Shown here one piece after another: positions 10,412 through 21,079 of a stretch of DNA of 25,175 nt. Every line of letters starts with the position of its first letter. The first letter of the stretch is position 1. Source of the DNA: Piedraia hortae CBS 480.64 (Eukaryota). The DNA lies in assembly GCA_010093745.1 (NCBI GenBank), contig MU005999.1, positions 117,809 through 142,983 on the forward strand, written 5' to 3'. Under the pieces are notes generated by a model. It saw nothing but the letters and a program-made list of their open reading frames with translations. It was not told the origin of the DNA and did no database searches. A program made the translations under genes and the position numbers.

Positions 10412-11894
10412 ATGCCAGCCCTCACCCTCACAAACCTCAACATCGTCTGCGCTGTTCTAGGCGGCTTCATCACCATCTTCGGCCTCATCTCCTATCTACT
10501 CAAAGAACACTTCTACCTCTCTGAGGCCCTAACCTCCACCCTCACGGACATAATCTTCAGCCCCCACGCCACAAACTGGATCCGACCGTCACAACTCGTG
10601 GGTCGCGATTCGGATCCCGAAACCCCCGAACAAGTAACCCTGTACTTCAGCCGGCTAGTCCTAGGCGTGCAGCTCGTCCTCGCTGGCGTCCAGCCACCGA
10701 GTAAATACCTCTAAAAAGAATGGCGGAATCTGAGTTTACTGCTAGGTCCTGGCATGTGCGTGATGTGGATGATTATGAGTCTGTTGGTCTGGGGTCTGAC
10801 GCCGCATTGTGAGGTTTTGCAGGCGTTGGCGGTGGGAGCGTGCATGACGCTGACAGATCCGGTGTTGTCGAATAGTACTGTTAAGGGGAAGTTTGCGGAT
10901 AAGAATATCATTGTGAGGTTGCAGAAGGTGGTTATTGCTGATTCGGGGGCGAATGATGGGTTGGGGTATCCGTTTTTGTTTCTCGCGTTGTATTTGATTA
11001 GGGGGAGGGGGATGGGGGTTTGGTTTTATGAGACCTGGGCGTATGAAATCCTCATGTCGGTTGCGTATGGGGCGGTGGTGGGTTGGTTGGCGAAGGAACT
11101 CCTGCATTGGGCGGAGGAGAGGAAGATTGTGGATAGAGTGAGTTTTCTTGTGTTTGCGATTACGCTTGCGGTGAGTGGTTTCCATCCTACAGGGGGAAGT
11201 GGGGTGTTGGGATTGCTGACGTCTTCAGTTGTTTATAACAGGGACGTGCGGTCTGCTTTCTACGGATGCTGTGCTGGCATGCTTCATCGCGGGAAATGTT
11301 TCTACCTGGGATGATTGGTTCATGGTGGAGACGGAAGATGATAGTTTTCAGCCGACTATTGATATGATCCTCAACGTCGCTGTGTTCATGTGGATTGGAG
11401 CGACTTGTCCGTGGCACAAATTCGCACACAACGAGGTCATCGGTATTGGCAGGTTGACTGGATTGGGGATTTGTGTCCTCTTGCTGAGACGACTACCTTT
11501 TATTCTGTTGCTGAGGAGGTGGATAGATCAGATTGGGAGCTGGAAGGAGGCGTGTTATATGGGATTTTTCGGGCCGGCCGGTATTTCTGCCGTGTTCTAT
11601 CTCTTCATCGCGAGGGAGTTCTTGAGGGAGGAAAAACCTCATAAACACTCAGAGGACACATTGGCTAAAATGTTGGAAGTCGAGGTTTGGTTTCTGATCA
11701 TTTGTTCCATCTTCGTTCATAGACTGGCTGTGCCACTGACGAAGTTGGGCGTTGCTCTGCCGAGGAACTTGAGCAGGGCTGTGGGGGAGAATTTATCCAC
11801 CTCGGTGGACGAGCGTCGGGGAGTGGACGGCCTGAGAGGAGAGGAGTTAAGAAACGCAGTTTCTGCACCTGTTCCTGCACGGGTATCTAGCTGA
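10412..11894 (+). pseudogene. Na+/H+ antiporter (CPA1, Nha1/Sod2-like) with an in-frame premature TAA at 10712-10714; exons 10412-11170, 11229-11894
   Basis: SYLLKEHFYLSEAL, YFSRLVLGVQLVLAGVQ, SKYL*KEW..LLLGPGM, TDPVLSN..VKGKFA, SGANDGLGYPFLF, TWDDWF, LLLRRLP, GFFGP.GISAVFY. Intron 11171-11228 (GTGAGT..GCTGAC..CAG). The ORFs either side of the TAA are in the same frame. Confidence 0.88.
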
Positions 11895-11930
11895 CATGAT
11901 ATATACAAGATAGACATGAAGTTATAATTT

Positions 11931-12113
11931 TCACGATTTCCTCCCCATCCTCCCCTCTGCCGCCCTCGCCAACGTCTCCCTACTCAACGACTCATTCTCC
12001 CCTCCAAGAGTACGCCCCGTCCACCCTCCCTGATCGACATGCTCGTGGCCCTCATCATTGGGATTAAAAAACTCATCTCCCCCAATAGATCTGCCTCCTC
12101 TTGTCCAATCATA
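11931..12113 (-). pseudogene. 3' fragment of a WLM-domain (Wss1/Wss2-like) metalloprotease gene
   Basis: DWTRGGRSIGGDEFFNP..DQGGWTGRTLGG..LSRETLARAAEGRM matches my recollection of the C-terminal tail of filamentous-fungal WLM proteins and contains the VIM-type motif Rx5AAx2R. The upstream HELAH zinc motif is absent. Confidence 0.6.
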
Positions 12114-12992
12114 CGATAGGCTCGCCGCTGAATAGGGGAGCGTCCGCTCGGGAGGACAGGGGAAAGGACTCAAAGCTGGAGCGAGGACGGACACAATATA
12201 GGAAGGAATTTTACATGCACTTGGATGATCATGGGCAAAATCTTGCTCTCGACATAGATTGCGGATCATGTGTTCATAGACGCTTTGGGGAACCATATAG
12301 CATATTGATTTAATTGGGATATATCGACTATCACTGAACATTTCCCAACGCAGACTATTTATACGGCGATGAACTCCATCTCGACTAATCGCGACCGTCC
12401 GCACTGCCAGCTCCTTCAAGGCCGCTTTAACGGGAAGATCTAACTCTGACGAAACTTGAAATATTCAAAAGGAGAACGCAATGCAAAATCGCGTAAGGGA
12501 AATTTTGACGGAGGTCAAAGCCAGGGATGTGATACCAGCTCCATTTCCGCTCTTTGGCCTCAGCCTTACCTTATGAGCACCCCCGTAACACCATCGAGAC
12601 GCGTGTGGGACCAGGTGTGATCGAATCACTCCAGCTCACTATGTATCTGTGACCCCTCGACGACGCATTTGACACCAAAGATGACTCGGCAGCTTATGTC
12701 TAGCATGAGTGGCGTTAAGACTCAGGTACATCGCTATGTTCTTAATCATGGTAGACCAAATCACCCACTACTCGGGGGCTGGAAGACTGACGGCCATCAA
12801 GGAATGGGACGATGGATGAAAATTTGTCTGTAAGCCACTACCATTTAAATTTTAAGTCTAATCAAGTGGACTTGCATGGCCTCCTAACTAAAATAGCTGA
12901 GAGTATCTGCAAAACTGCCCAACGAGAGCCCCTTGCGCTGACTATCCCGAAAAAGGTGTTGACTTGGCCAACAGGCAAAGTCGGATTTAGAG

Positions 12993-13316
12993 CAGGGCAG
13001 TGAAAGTTGAAAAATTCGTTGTTTCTGATCATCTGGCTTCTGTTTTTGGCAATGAATTTGTATTGGGAAGTATACCGGATTTTCTCGAGAGATGAGAAGC
13101 ATGGTAGCCTGATTCAAAGCCAACGAGCAATTCCTTATGCTTTATCCCCTCAGTGTTGTAAGGCCTTGCAATGGTGTATCCATCCCGCCAACTCTCGTTT
13201 GCATTCAAAAACATTAGCGCCTCAAACGTCCGATCTGACATCGATTTGCGATAGTCGGTTTTTACCCTCTTCGCCTTGCTGAAAAGCCTCACACATATGT
13301 TCGAGGTAGGTAGAGT
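12993..13316 (-). mobile_element. hAT DNA transposon relic (C-terminal dimerization domain; candidate terminus near 12993)
   Basis: LPTSNICVRLFSKAKRVKTDYRKSMSDRTFEALMFLNANESW fits the hAT PxTSxxxERxFS...R.....E.L.FL signature, with the catalytic Glu replaced by Val (GTG). CAGGGCAGTG at 12993 is only a candidate TIR. Confidence 0.8.
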
Positions 13317-13699
13317 CCGACTAGATTGACGGAGCCCAGGCTTTTCGTCTTTTCCTTTCCGCCCACTGTAGCATATCAGTGGACCGGTGGAGCTGGTCGC
13401 CGTCGACCTCGCGCAATTGGAGTCGTTTGTTACCCAGCTGCAGTCCTATCTGCTAACCTTAATGCAACGTATTACCATGCTGCTGCTGTCCCCTATTGTA
13501 TGAACCTCGCGGCCATATTAGACGGCATGTTCGCCATTAGACAGTTCCAAGATAACTCCCAGCCAGGCACCAAACGCCCTTCGCCAATATTCAGGGTGTT
13601 CATTTGTCGGAGAAATTGACGTTCCAATCACCACTTTTCATCGCGCCACATCTCCGAGCAGGCCTCCTGATCATCACCTTCTGCGGTGGGTTCGGGCGA

Positions 13700-16050
13700 C
13701 AGCCCCTCAGGATATTGTACCAGTGTCGTTCCGGGCCTACTGGCCTCCATGCGCAAAGAATCGATAAGACTTATTTTGGTAGAATGGTAGCCCCGCCGGT
13801 GTTGCGCGTCGCTGTACTTCTGTTGTAGGTATTATCGTTATGTATTTCCTTAGTTTCGACAGGCCTGGCAAGGCCTGTTGATGAGGTAACCTGTGATTTG
13901 TTTTCACTGCATCAAGAGTTAATTTAATCAGATCTAGTGCGGACTGCATCCTCTTATCGCTGATAGGGGCTTTTGTGGAGCTGTAGTAGACAAATAACAG
14001 GGTGTCCACCGCAGAATTAAAGGGGAACTAGTCATGCCCCGGCGGAGCGAGATGAGGAAGCCTAAGGGGGCTGATTCGGGTCGGCTTCCCCGGTGAATCG
14101 TCCTCTTCTTCGTATTCGGGGAAGTCATTGTCCTCATGTTCATCACCTGGGCAACCATGGCAGCCGTGAAGACTTCACCAGCGTCGTTGTCGGTATGTAG
14201 TCCATTATTCACAGGATCTACCTCGAGATTGTCGTCATTGCTATCATAGGCGGTTTCTTCAACATTGCTGTTGCGGTTTGCCTCTGCATAAGATGCGTCG
14301 GCCTCAAGAGAGTCGGCCGCCCGGCAACATGTTCTGCCAGGCTATACTCTTACTTGCAATACGACGGCTCAGAGCAGTCGTCGCTCCAACACGGCACCTA
14401 CAAGAAGACGATATGAGCTTGGGGCCAAGCTTTATCCTGAAGTTCTGAGGACCAGACTCTGGAAGCTTTTTCGGAGACTCGCCGGATAAGGCCACTGCCA
14501 GGGAAGAGCAGGGGCGTCGTCCGTGGCACCTACCTGGCCTGCCGTTCTAGGCATTGAACGAGCGAGAGAACAATGGCGAGGTACTGTGCGAGCAATTGCG
14601 ATTCTGTCTCATGCAGTGTATGCACATACTGGTATTGCTTGCCTCGGAAAAGAGATGTGTGCATCCTTCTTGTCACCAGCACCAACCTCCCGCCAAGGAC
14701 GAACACATTGCGGAACACATTGCGGGGAAGCCTTTGTGTGTTCGACATGCGCATCCTGAGGAGATACTTGATCCCGGGCGGCAAGCCGCTCCGCAGGTAG
14801 ATCGAAAATGAAAGGACCTTTCGCAGCTCCCTGGCGAGCTGCAGGTACCGCGCGACTTACAGCCGCCTCCACCAATTATTCGCCATGCAATCCATGCAGA
14901 CCAGGGCGAATAGTTCCTCATCAACGGGGAGGTGGTTATGCGCATCTCGCAGGAAATTGTAACTGGCTTCCTCCTCCAACAAAAGATCAGCCATGTCCTG
15001 CAAGTTCACACGGCGCTCAAGTCCATACAAGCGTTGTTCCAGCAGCTCCTGGACGTCCGATCGCGCCCGTCAACCAAGCTGTCAAAGCTCGGCAGTTGTG
15101 ATTGACCCACTTTGCCAAGTGATATCATTGTCAGACTGCACAAAGCTAAAGCGGCCTATATTGTGGCACTGGCCAAAAGAATACTCCATCAGCGTTAGCA
15201 GCTCACCGACAACTGACTGGGAAGACGATTTCAGAATGTCGTGGTGGATTGGACTAAATGCATCCGGGTTGCCATCCTACGGTCTCGACTAGCCAAGTCT
15301 GGCATGAGGCTGTGACAAAAAGGTTGATTCCAGGATAACCAACTGACATGTGTATAGCAGGCTGCCATGTACTGGCGCATAGTAGACGGACCTCTGCATT
15401 TGACACCATCTGGGCAAATGGAGAACGCCGCGAGGACAAAACACAACAAGGAGATGTTGAACCTGCAATCGTCCCCTCCCTCCTTCGCAACAAATGCTGA
15501 AAAGCTGGCTATACTGTCCTCTGTTCCTACTGTGTGGGGGGATCGGAACTGCTTGCGGTGCTTGTAGCCTAACATCTTCTTTGAGCTGCTTGTCACACTC
15601 GTCTTCCAACTCAGCTTCCGAGTCGAGATCTTCAGCCTCAGCTGATTCGTCGACCCTTTCAGCCTGAGCCATCATTGCAAACGGGACATCTGTAACCGTT
15701 CTCTAGGCGGTACTGTCGTAGAGTTGAAGGGTTCGTTGCGTCATTGTGCGTTATTGGTGATATCCAGTTGATGAGTTTAAGTAGAGCTGCCTTGGCTGTC
15801 TGCGCGAAAGTATAATCGTGCTCCTCCTCTAATGCTTCAGTGGCTGAACTGTTGCACAGCCTTAGCGCGCTCAGGCAGCTTCTGCCTCCTGCCAACGACG
15901 ACGTTGTATGACGTACGCGCGTGGTGCAGATGGGCGAGAACAGCGCCAGCAACCTGATGCTTAACCTATAAGTCCAGGTGCCGGGATTGGCTCCATGCAT
16001 TCATATGGTTTGCCGCTTTCAGGACATTACTCAGTGGCGTCCTTGGAAGC
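13700..16050 (-). pseudogene. Decayed gene resembling the non-helicase core of telomere-linked RecQ helicase (TLH)/DUF3505-associated proteins; best supported part 14300-15520, outer limits approximate
   Basis: One frame runs 15675-14530 with stops at 15289, 15277, 15082, 15070, 14857 and 14530: SLLYTCQLVILE..VVGELLTLMEY..YNFLRDAHNHL..VARYLQLARELRKVLSFSIYLRSGLPPG..LLRMRMSNT..RNVFVLGGRLVLVTR..SQLLAQYLAIV. This matches the recalled family pattern HxxxGQPARGxE..N....RN.F...G....VT.Y.K. No helicase motifs were found. Confidence 0.65.
14701..14724. repeat. 12-nt exact tandem duplication (RNVF RNVF)
   Basis: gaacacattgcg gaacacattgcg. Confidence 0.9.
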
Positions 16051-16932
16051 ATTGCAATGGCTTCGCGGAGGAAGCCCAATCTGAAAGCTTTTCGGCTGAC
16101 ACGACGCTTCTTGGGAGCTGGGGAAACGCTCATGAGCCTGGGAAACTGTCGAGATTTGGGGGCCATTGAATATTTAGAGAGAGATATTAGATGTAAGAAT
16201 TGGAATATCCAGTCGAGGTTTCCTGATCGACTCTGTGGCTGGGCACCTCGTAGTGCGAGAAATCATTTCGAGCGAATTGAGGGTTATGTCGAGAATTTGA
16301 TTTGAATTGGTAGTAAAGGAGCAGGGGTAGGGATGGAGGGTGAGAGAGCTGCCGCCATCGTCTCAGAGGCACTTGCAAAATTGGTGGGGGCGGAGTCACC
16401 ACAGGCAAGATTTGCATTTAAGACTCCGCAGGTAAAGAGAAGAGCATTATTAAGCTGGATTGAAAGTCTGGAGGGTTGGCATCTTCGTAGCGCGCTGTCG
16501 GTTTGTTTCCATAAGCCCCCATACCAATTCTGGGTAGGCAGATAAAGTTACGGCTGTGGCTTAGTGGTACGAATCTCTCCAGTGCAGGCCCTTGTTTCAG
16601 AGGATGATGGCCAGGACGAAGTCAGATCTAAGATTGTACATAATTTTCCCGTAACCGAGCCAGGTATATGTTCATCTTCTTTTGAACGGACCTCCATGTA
16701 AGACAGAATGCTAGGGTCCGATTGATTGCGACCTTGCTCAATCGCTTTTTGCAAAGTGCAATGAAAAGACCCTAGGATCGCTCAAGAAATTGGCATCCTT
16801 GGCATGTCGTCACTCGTACACAGTGTAAGCCCCCGGCGTTACGGCAGTAAAGCGGGTTGCGCGTGTGCGCAAAATTTGTGCAAGCCAAAAATCCCCGACG
16901 CGGAGAAAATTCCACGCGGGGCAAGATCTTCC

Positions 16933-16963
16933 TGCCTGAGGCATTCTTGCCAAGCCCTAGGGC
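16933..16963 (+). promoter_or_regulatory. Candidate ribosomal-protein promoter elements
   Basis: Palindromes TGCCTGAGGCA (16933-43) and GCCCTAGGGC (16954-63; TAGGGC is a Tbf1/IFHL-like core) lie 70-100 nt upstream of the RPS21 ATG. Confidence 0.4.
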
Positions 16964-17033
16964 AAACCACACCACAGTCGACTTCACGTCACCCGAAACA
17001 ACTGCTCTAGCAAGCAAACACTAGGCAAGCATA

Positions 17034-17341
17034 ATGGAGAACGAAAAAGGCGAACTCGTCGATCTGTATGTCGCGAAGCATCCTTACTCGCACGCCTACT
17101 GATCCGGGACAGGTACGTTCCGCGGAAATGCAGCGCCACGAACCGGATCATCAAGGCCAAGGACCATGCGTCTGTGCAGCTGTCGGTGGGCAAGGTGGAT
17201 GAGAATGGAAAGTACACGGGCGAAAACCAGGTGTATGCGCTGAGCGGGTTCGTGCGCGCCATGGGCGAATCGGATGACTCGGTGAACCGCCTCGCGCAAA
17301 AGGATGGGTTCCTTAAGAAAGTTTGGAGCGCTACTCGTTAG
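17034..17341 (+). CDS. RPS21: 40S ribosomal protein S21 (eS21), 86 aa; exons 17034-17065, 17113-17341 (absent from the ORF track)
   Basis: [86 protein letters not shown]; intron 17066-17112 (GTATGT..CTGAT..CAG). Confidence 0.97.
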
Positions 17342-17350
17342 AAAAGCCAG

Positions 17351-17401
17351 GTGAGTTGGTTGAACGAGGTTTGCTCTGCCCGTGGGCTGATGGATGGGCA
17401 G
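17351..17401 (+). other. Putative 3'-UTR intron of RPS21
   Basis: CAG|GTGAGT donor 9 nt after the stop, GCTGAT branch at 17386-91, CAG acceptor at 17399-401; 51 nt. Confidence 0.7.
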
Positions 17402-17745
17402 GTAGTAGCGTGTACGGTCTTCATGTCAAACTGATCTCATATTTTCTCCGTAACAAATGGCTACATAATGGCCTTCTCTTTCGAGTCTCAACGAGGCTAC
17501 ATAGATGAAAGATGGAGGAAAGGCAAACACTTTTAGCCTAGAACAAAGAGAAACGTTTGAAAAAGTCCGCTCTGAGAGGTCAGTTTGGAGCGAATACAGA
17601 TACGGACGTTACAGTCGTTGAACATGCTGGTGTATCCCTTCCACATCCAACCATTTGTCGACCCCCACCAGACAATTCAAAACGCCAAAGTTCAACAGTT
17701 TGCTGTGCCGCCATCGTTTCCGTTCGTTAATGGCTGATAAGGAGA

Positions 17746-20481
17746 TTACTTGTGATTATTATTAAGTCCCTCTTCAGCGCTCGTCTTCCCGCTTAAGCTC
17801 TCGCGCCGCAGTCTATCCGCTCGCGATTGCAGAACTTTTGCCTCGTGCGCCGCCTTTTGCGCCCGCACCTGCTTCTCCCACATGCCCGCATACCGGCCGT
17901 TTTGCTCGAGCAGCTCAAAGTGCGTACCGCGCTCCACTACCCTGCCTTGGTGCAAGACCAGAATCTGGTCACACATGGTGATGGTGCTAAGCCGGTGTGC
18001 AATCACCAGCATTGTCCGCCCCTTTGCCAGCCTCCGCAGGGCGTTCTGAATGTGTTCCTCCGTCTCCGTATCAAGGGCAGCCGTGGCTTCGTCTAGTAGT
18101 ATGATGCGCGGGTCCTTGATGATAGTCCTCGCAATCGCTACTCGCTGCTTCTCACCGCCGCTCAGTCGTAGTCCCCGTTCGCCCACTTGAGTTTGGTAGC
18201 CGTCCGGGAAGCTGAGGATCTTTTCGTGAATGCTCGCCGCCTTACAGGCCTCAAAGACCTCGGCGTCTGTTGCCTCCTGTCGCGCATATTTCAGATTGTA
18301 CATGAGGCTCTCGTTGAAGAGGACCGTATCTTGCGGTACAACCCCAATGTGACTCCGCAGACTTTCAATCGTTACATCTTCGGCATCCTTGTCGTCAAAG
18401 TACATGCGTCCCGAAGTCGGGTTGTAATAGCGAAAGATAAGTCTGAATACGGTGCTCTTGCCGCCGCCAGATTCACCTACAAGGGCCGTCGTAGTTCCAG
18501 GAGCGCACCTAAACGACAGCCCCTGCAATGCAGGACGTCGGGCGTCGTATGAAAAGTGCACGTCCTCAAAGCGAATGTCCCCTTTGCAGGTCCCAATCGG
18601 ACGGGCGTTTGGCGAATCGACAACCGCAGGGGATTCCTTGAATAGCTCAAGCATGCGCTCGGAATTGATCATGTTATTCTGAATTACGCGATAGAATGAT
18701 CCAAAGAAGTTCAGCGGCCCCTGCAGCTGCGTCATGTACGTCAACAGCGTGACGAAGTCGCCTACCCGCAGCCTGTCTGTGGTCACCTGGTAAGCCGCAA
18801 TTAGACAGGCCACAACCAGTCCAAGCATGAAGATGAGGTTCTGTGTCGTGTTCAACAACGCAAGCGACAAGGTTACGTGGTACTCGGCGCTTTGGTAGTT
18901 CTGCACCGCTTGCCGATATCTTTGAAACTCGTATGCTTCTGCGTTAAAGTACTTGACCGTCTCGTACGACATCATTGAGTCGTTTTTCACCGCGTCTTCC
19001 TCCCGCCGTGCGTTGGTCGCCTGTCGCCGAATGTCGGCTCGCCACGACGCCATGCGTATGGTGATGTATACATACCAGAACGTGACGGCCCCCATGACAA
19101 GGGCATAGTAAGAATCAAACTTGAGCAGAAAGTAGACCATGGCAACGTTCAAGTCGACAATCATCGGCAGTACGCTGAAGGTCAACGACTCTAGGAACGT
19201 GTTCAGCGCAGAACCCTTGCCCAGCGCCGACAACACCTCGCCCGTCTTCTTGCCCAGATGGAACTCGAGGCTGAGAGAGTGGACATGCTCGAATGCAGCT
19301 ACCGACAGTTCGCGGTAAGAGTACTGCTCGATTGGGATCCAAAGCACCTGCCGCACTGCGCCCAGCAAACCGTTAGAGCCCTGGAAGATGCGGTAGGTTA
19401 TGTAAAGCCCAATCGACGCCCAAGGCATCCTTACCGGGCCATCCTCTCCCGCCAAAATGTCGGTGATACGTCCGGCCTGGTAAGGCACAAGAATCTGGAC
19501 TCCGCGCTGGAGGAAAACGATGCCAAAGCAGAGGATGAAGTTGATCTGCAGCTTTTGGTCCTTGCCGGGCCATGTGTAAGGCATAAATATTCTGTAAGCG
19601 CGCAGATACTCCCACCAACTAGTTGACGGTAGTCCCTTTGGCTTCTCCCATCCAGCCGGGCCCTGTTCTTGGACCCCATTTGGCTGTTGCCCCTCCTCGC
19701 ACCCATACCCAGGGCTGCTGCCGTTAGCGAGCAAACCCTGACGCTCCGGACTCTTCGCGTCTCGATGCGAGCGTGATATCAGGAGAAAGTAGTATCCAGA
19801 AAGAGCAGACGCAATCAAGGTACGCAGCAAATCACAGGCAACTTCGGCTAGTTCCCATTCGGTCATGTTCCGAAGCAGAACGCCTCCTCGGGGGTTCCCC
19901 ACAACTGGCTCATGGTGCAGGTTCGTGTACAAGGCCAGGGAAGAGGCGAGCAGTATAAGCTCCAGGGCAGTCGTAACTATCCATGTTATCCAATGGGCGA
20001 TGTGGGGCGAAGATCTTCTGTCGACAACGGTCAAGAGAACGAACGAGTGTACCATGAAGCCGCCGACGAGGTAAATGGTAGTGACTGGTCCACACCAGTA
20101 GTGCTCGTGGCGGTCTTTTAACACGTGCATTATGACATTTGCGATATTGCCAAGATATGTGAGGCAAATGCCCACAGACAGCCATTGGAAGAGCAGCGAT
20201 CTCACAGAGTCTGATTGGGCAAAAACAATTTTGCTGGGCTTCTTTGGGGGTAACGGTTTACCGCCGGGACCCAACCGGGGAGGCGTGGAAGGCGCATCTT
20301 TGGAGCGGGCAGAGGCAATGCTGTAGCCGGTAAAGACTCCAACGTAGACTGCAAGTACCACTATCGGATACACAACTTGGACGGCGGACAAGACACTGCG
20401 AGCTTGTGAAGAAAATTTCTCCATCGAGTTTGTAAAATCATGCTTCAAGGCCCTCGCCATGGCGGGGAATGTGTTGTCCAA
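17746..20481 (-). CDS. hmt1: Heavy-metal-tolerance half-size ABC transporter (HMT1/ABCB6 family), single exon
   Basis: N-terminal hydrophobic extension; AAFEHVHSLSLEFHLGKKTGEV; Walker A GESGGGKST; VVPQD; signature LSGGEKQR; Walker B ILLDEATAALD; IAHRLST. Start may be 20481 or 20460. Confidence 0.93.
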   Translation of the reverse strand: MDNTFPAMARALKHDFTNSMEKFSSQARSVLSAVQVVYPIVVLAVYVGVFTGYSIASARSKDAPSTPPRLGPGGKPLPPKKPSKIVFAQSDSVRSLLFQWLSVGICLTYLGNIANVIMHVLKDRHEHYWCGPVTTIYLVGGFMVHSFVLLTVVDRRSSPHIAHWITWIVTTALELILLASSLALYTNLHHEPVVGNPRGGVLLRNMTEWELAEVACDLLRTLIASALSGYYFLLISRSHRDAKSPERQGLLANGSSPGYGCEEGQQPNGVQEQGPAGWEKPKGLPSTSWWEYLRAYRIFMPYTWPGKDQKLQINFILCFGIVFLQRGVQILVPYQAGRITDILAGEDGPVRMPWASIGLYITYRIFQGSNGLLGAVRQVLWIPIEQYSYRELSVAAFEHVHSLSLEFHLGKKTGEVLSALGKGSALNTFLESLTFSVLPMIVDLNVAMVYFLLKFDSYYALVMGAVTFWYVYITIRMASWRADIRRQATNARREEDAVKNDSMMSYETVKYFNAEAYEFQRYRQAVQNYQSAEYHVTLSLALLNTTQNLIFMLGLVVACLIAAYQVTTDRLRVGDFVTLLTYMTQLQGPLNFFGSFYRVIQNNMINSERMLELFKESPAVVDSPNARPIGTCKGDIRFEDVHFSYDARRPALQGLSFRCAPGTTTALVGESGGGKSTVFRLIFRYYNPTSGRMYFDDKDAEDVTIESLRSHIGVVPQDTVLFNESLMYNLKYARQEATDAEVFEACKAASIHEKILSFPDGYQTQVGERGLRLSGGEKQRVAIARTIIKDPRIILLDEATAALDTETEEHIQNALRRLAKGRTMLVIAHRLSTITMCDQILVLHQGRVVERGTHFELLEQNGRYAGMWEKQVRAQKAAHEAKVLQSRADRLRRESLSGKTSAEEGLNNNHK

Positions 20482-20934
20482 TTCAGATCGATGGCATGGT
20501 GTAGCTGGGTGCGTTCAGGTTAGATGTAGGAGTCGGTTGCCGGGCACGCGCTAAGTGCCGGCGCCACTGCCGATCAGGTAAGACTCCCGAAGGGGGGGCG
20601 GTGGCGGGGATACGGGTAGGGGCAAAGATTGTCGGAGAATTAGGGTTGAGAACCACCGGATGTGCTAGCACTGCGGGCCAAAGGGTGGAAGGAGCAACGG
20701 TAGATGCCTCCCCCCCCCCGTCTTGCCCCAGATCCAGATGGGAAAAGCCGCGGTCGAGACCAGGCCGGTGGCCGTATGCAGCGGTGCCGGCCCGACCCGC
20801 TGTCCCCCACGCACTCTATAACTCTAACAACTGCCTATTGGCGTTCTGAACGCCCTCTTCCCCCTGTCCGCAGCCTTCCTCTTTGGCCCACCGCCTCAAA
20901 CAGCTTTCTCCCTCACCGTAGCCAATCCCGTCTG

Positions 20935-20940
20935 CACGTG
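20935..20940. promoter_or_regulatory. CACGTG PHO box (Pho4/NUC-1/PalcA-type bHLH site) upstream of the alkaline phosphatase
   Basis: GCACGTG in the divergent hmt1/PHO8 intergenic region, with CCAAT at 20922; the context fits phosphate regulation. Confidence 0.5.
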
Positions 20941-20973
20941 TACGCATCTGTGTTTGTCCAGGGGGAGGCGCAG

Positions 20974-21040
20974 GTGAGTCAGCCCTACAGGTTATCCCAC
21001 ACCCGCGCGTCTCCCTTAAATTGTGACATCTGTCTTGTAG
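20974..21040 (+). other. Putative 5'-UTR intron of the alkaline phosphatase gene
   Basis: CAG|GTGAGT donor, GTGAC branch-like motif, pyrimidine tract and TAG acceptor; 67 nt. Confidence 0.6.
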
Positions 21041-21079
21041 CCCCCTTTGCATGGAAGTGCAGTAGGTTCCACCTCAGAA

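Noticed and set aside
12114..12419. 5' part of ORF 11931-12419 as an intact gene
   Set aside because: TTG start and no HExxH motif; looks like chance read-through into unrelated flanking DNA
13700..16050. Canonical Starship captain (DUF3435)
   Set aside because: Motifs fit the TLH-type pattern better; the isolated LRRG near 14040 is not enough evidence
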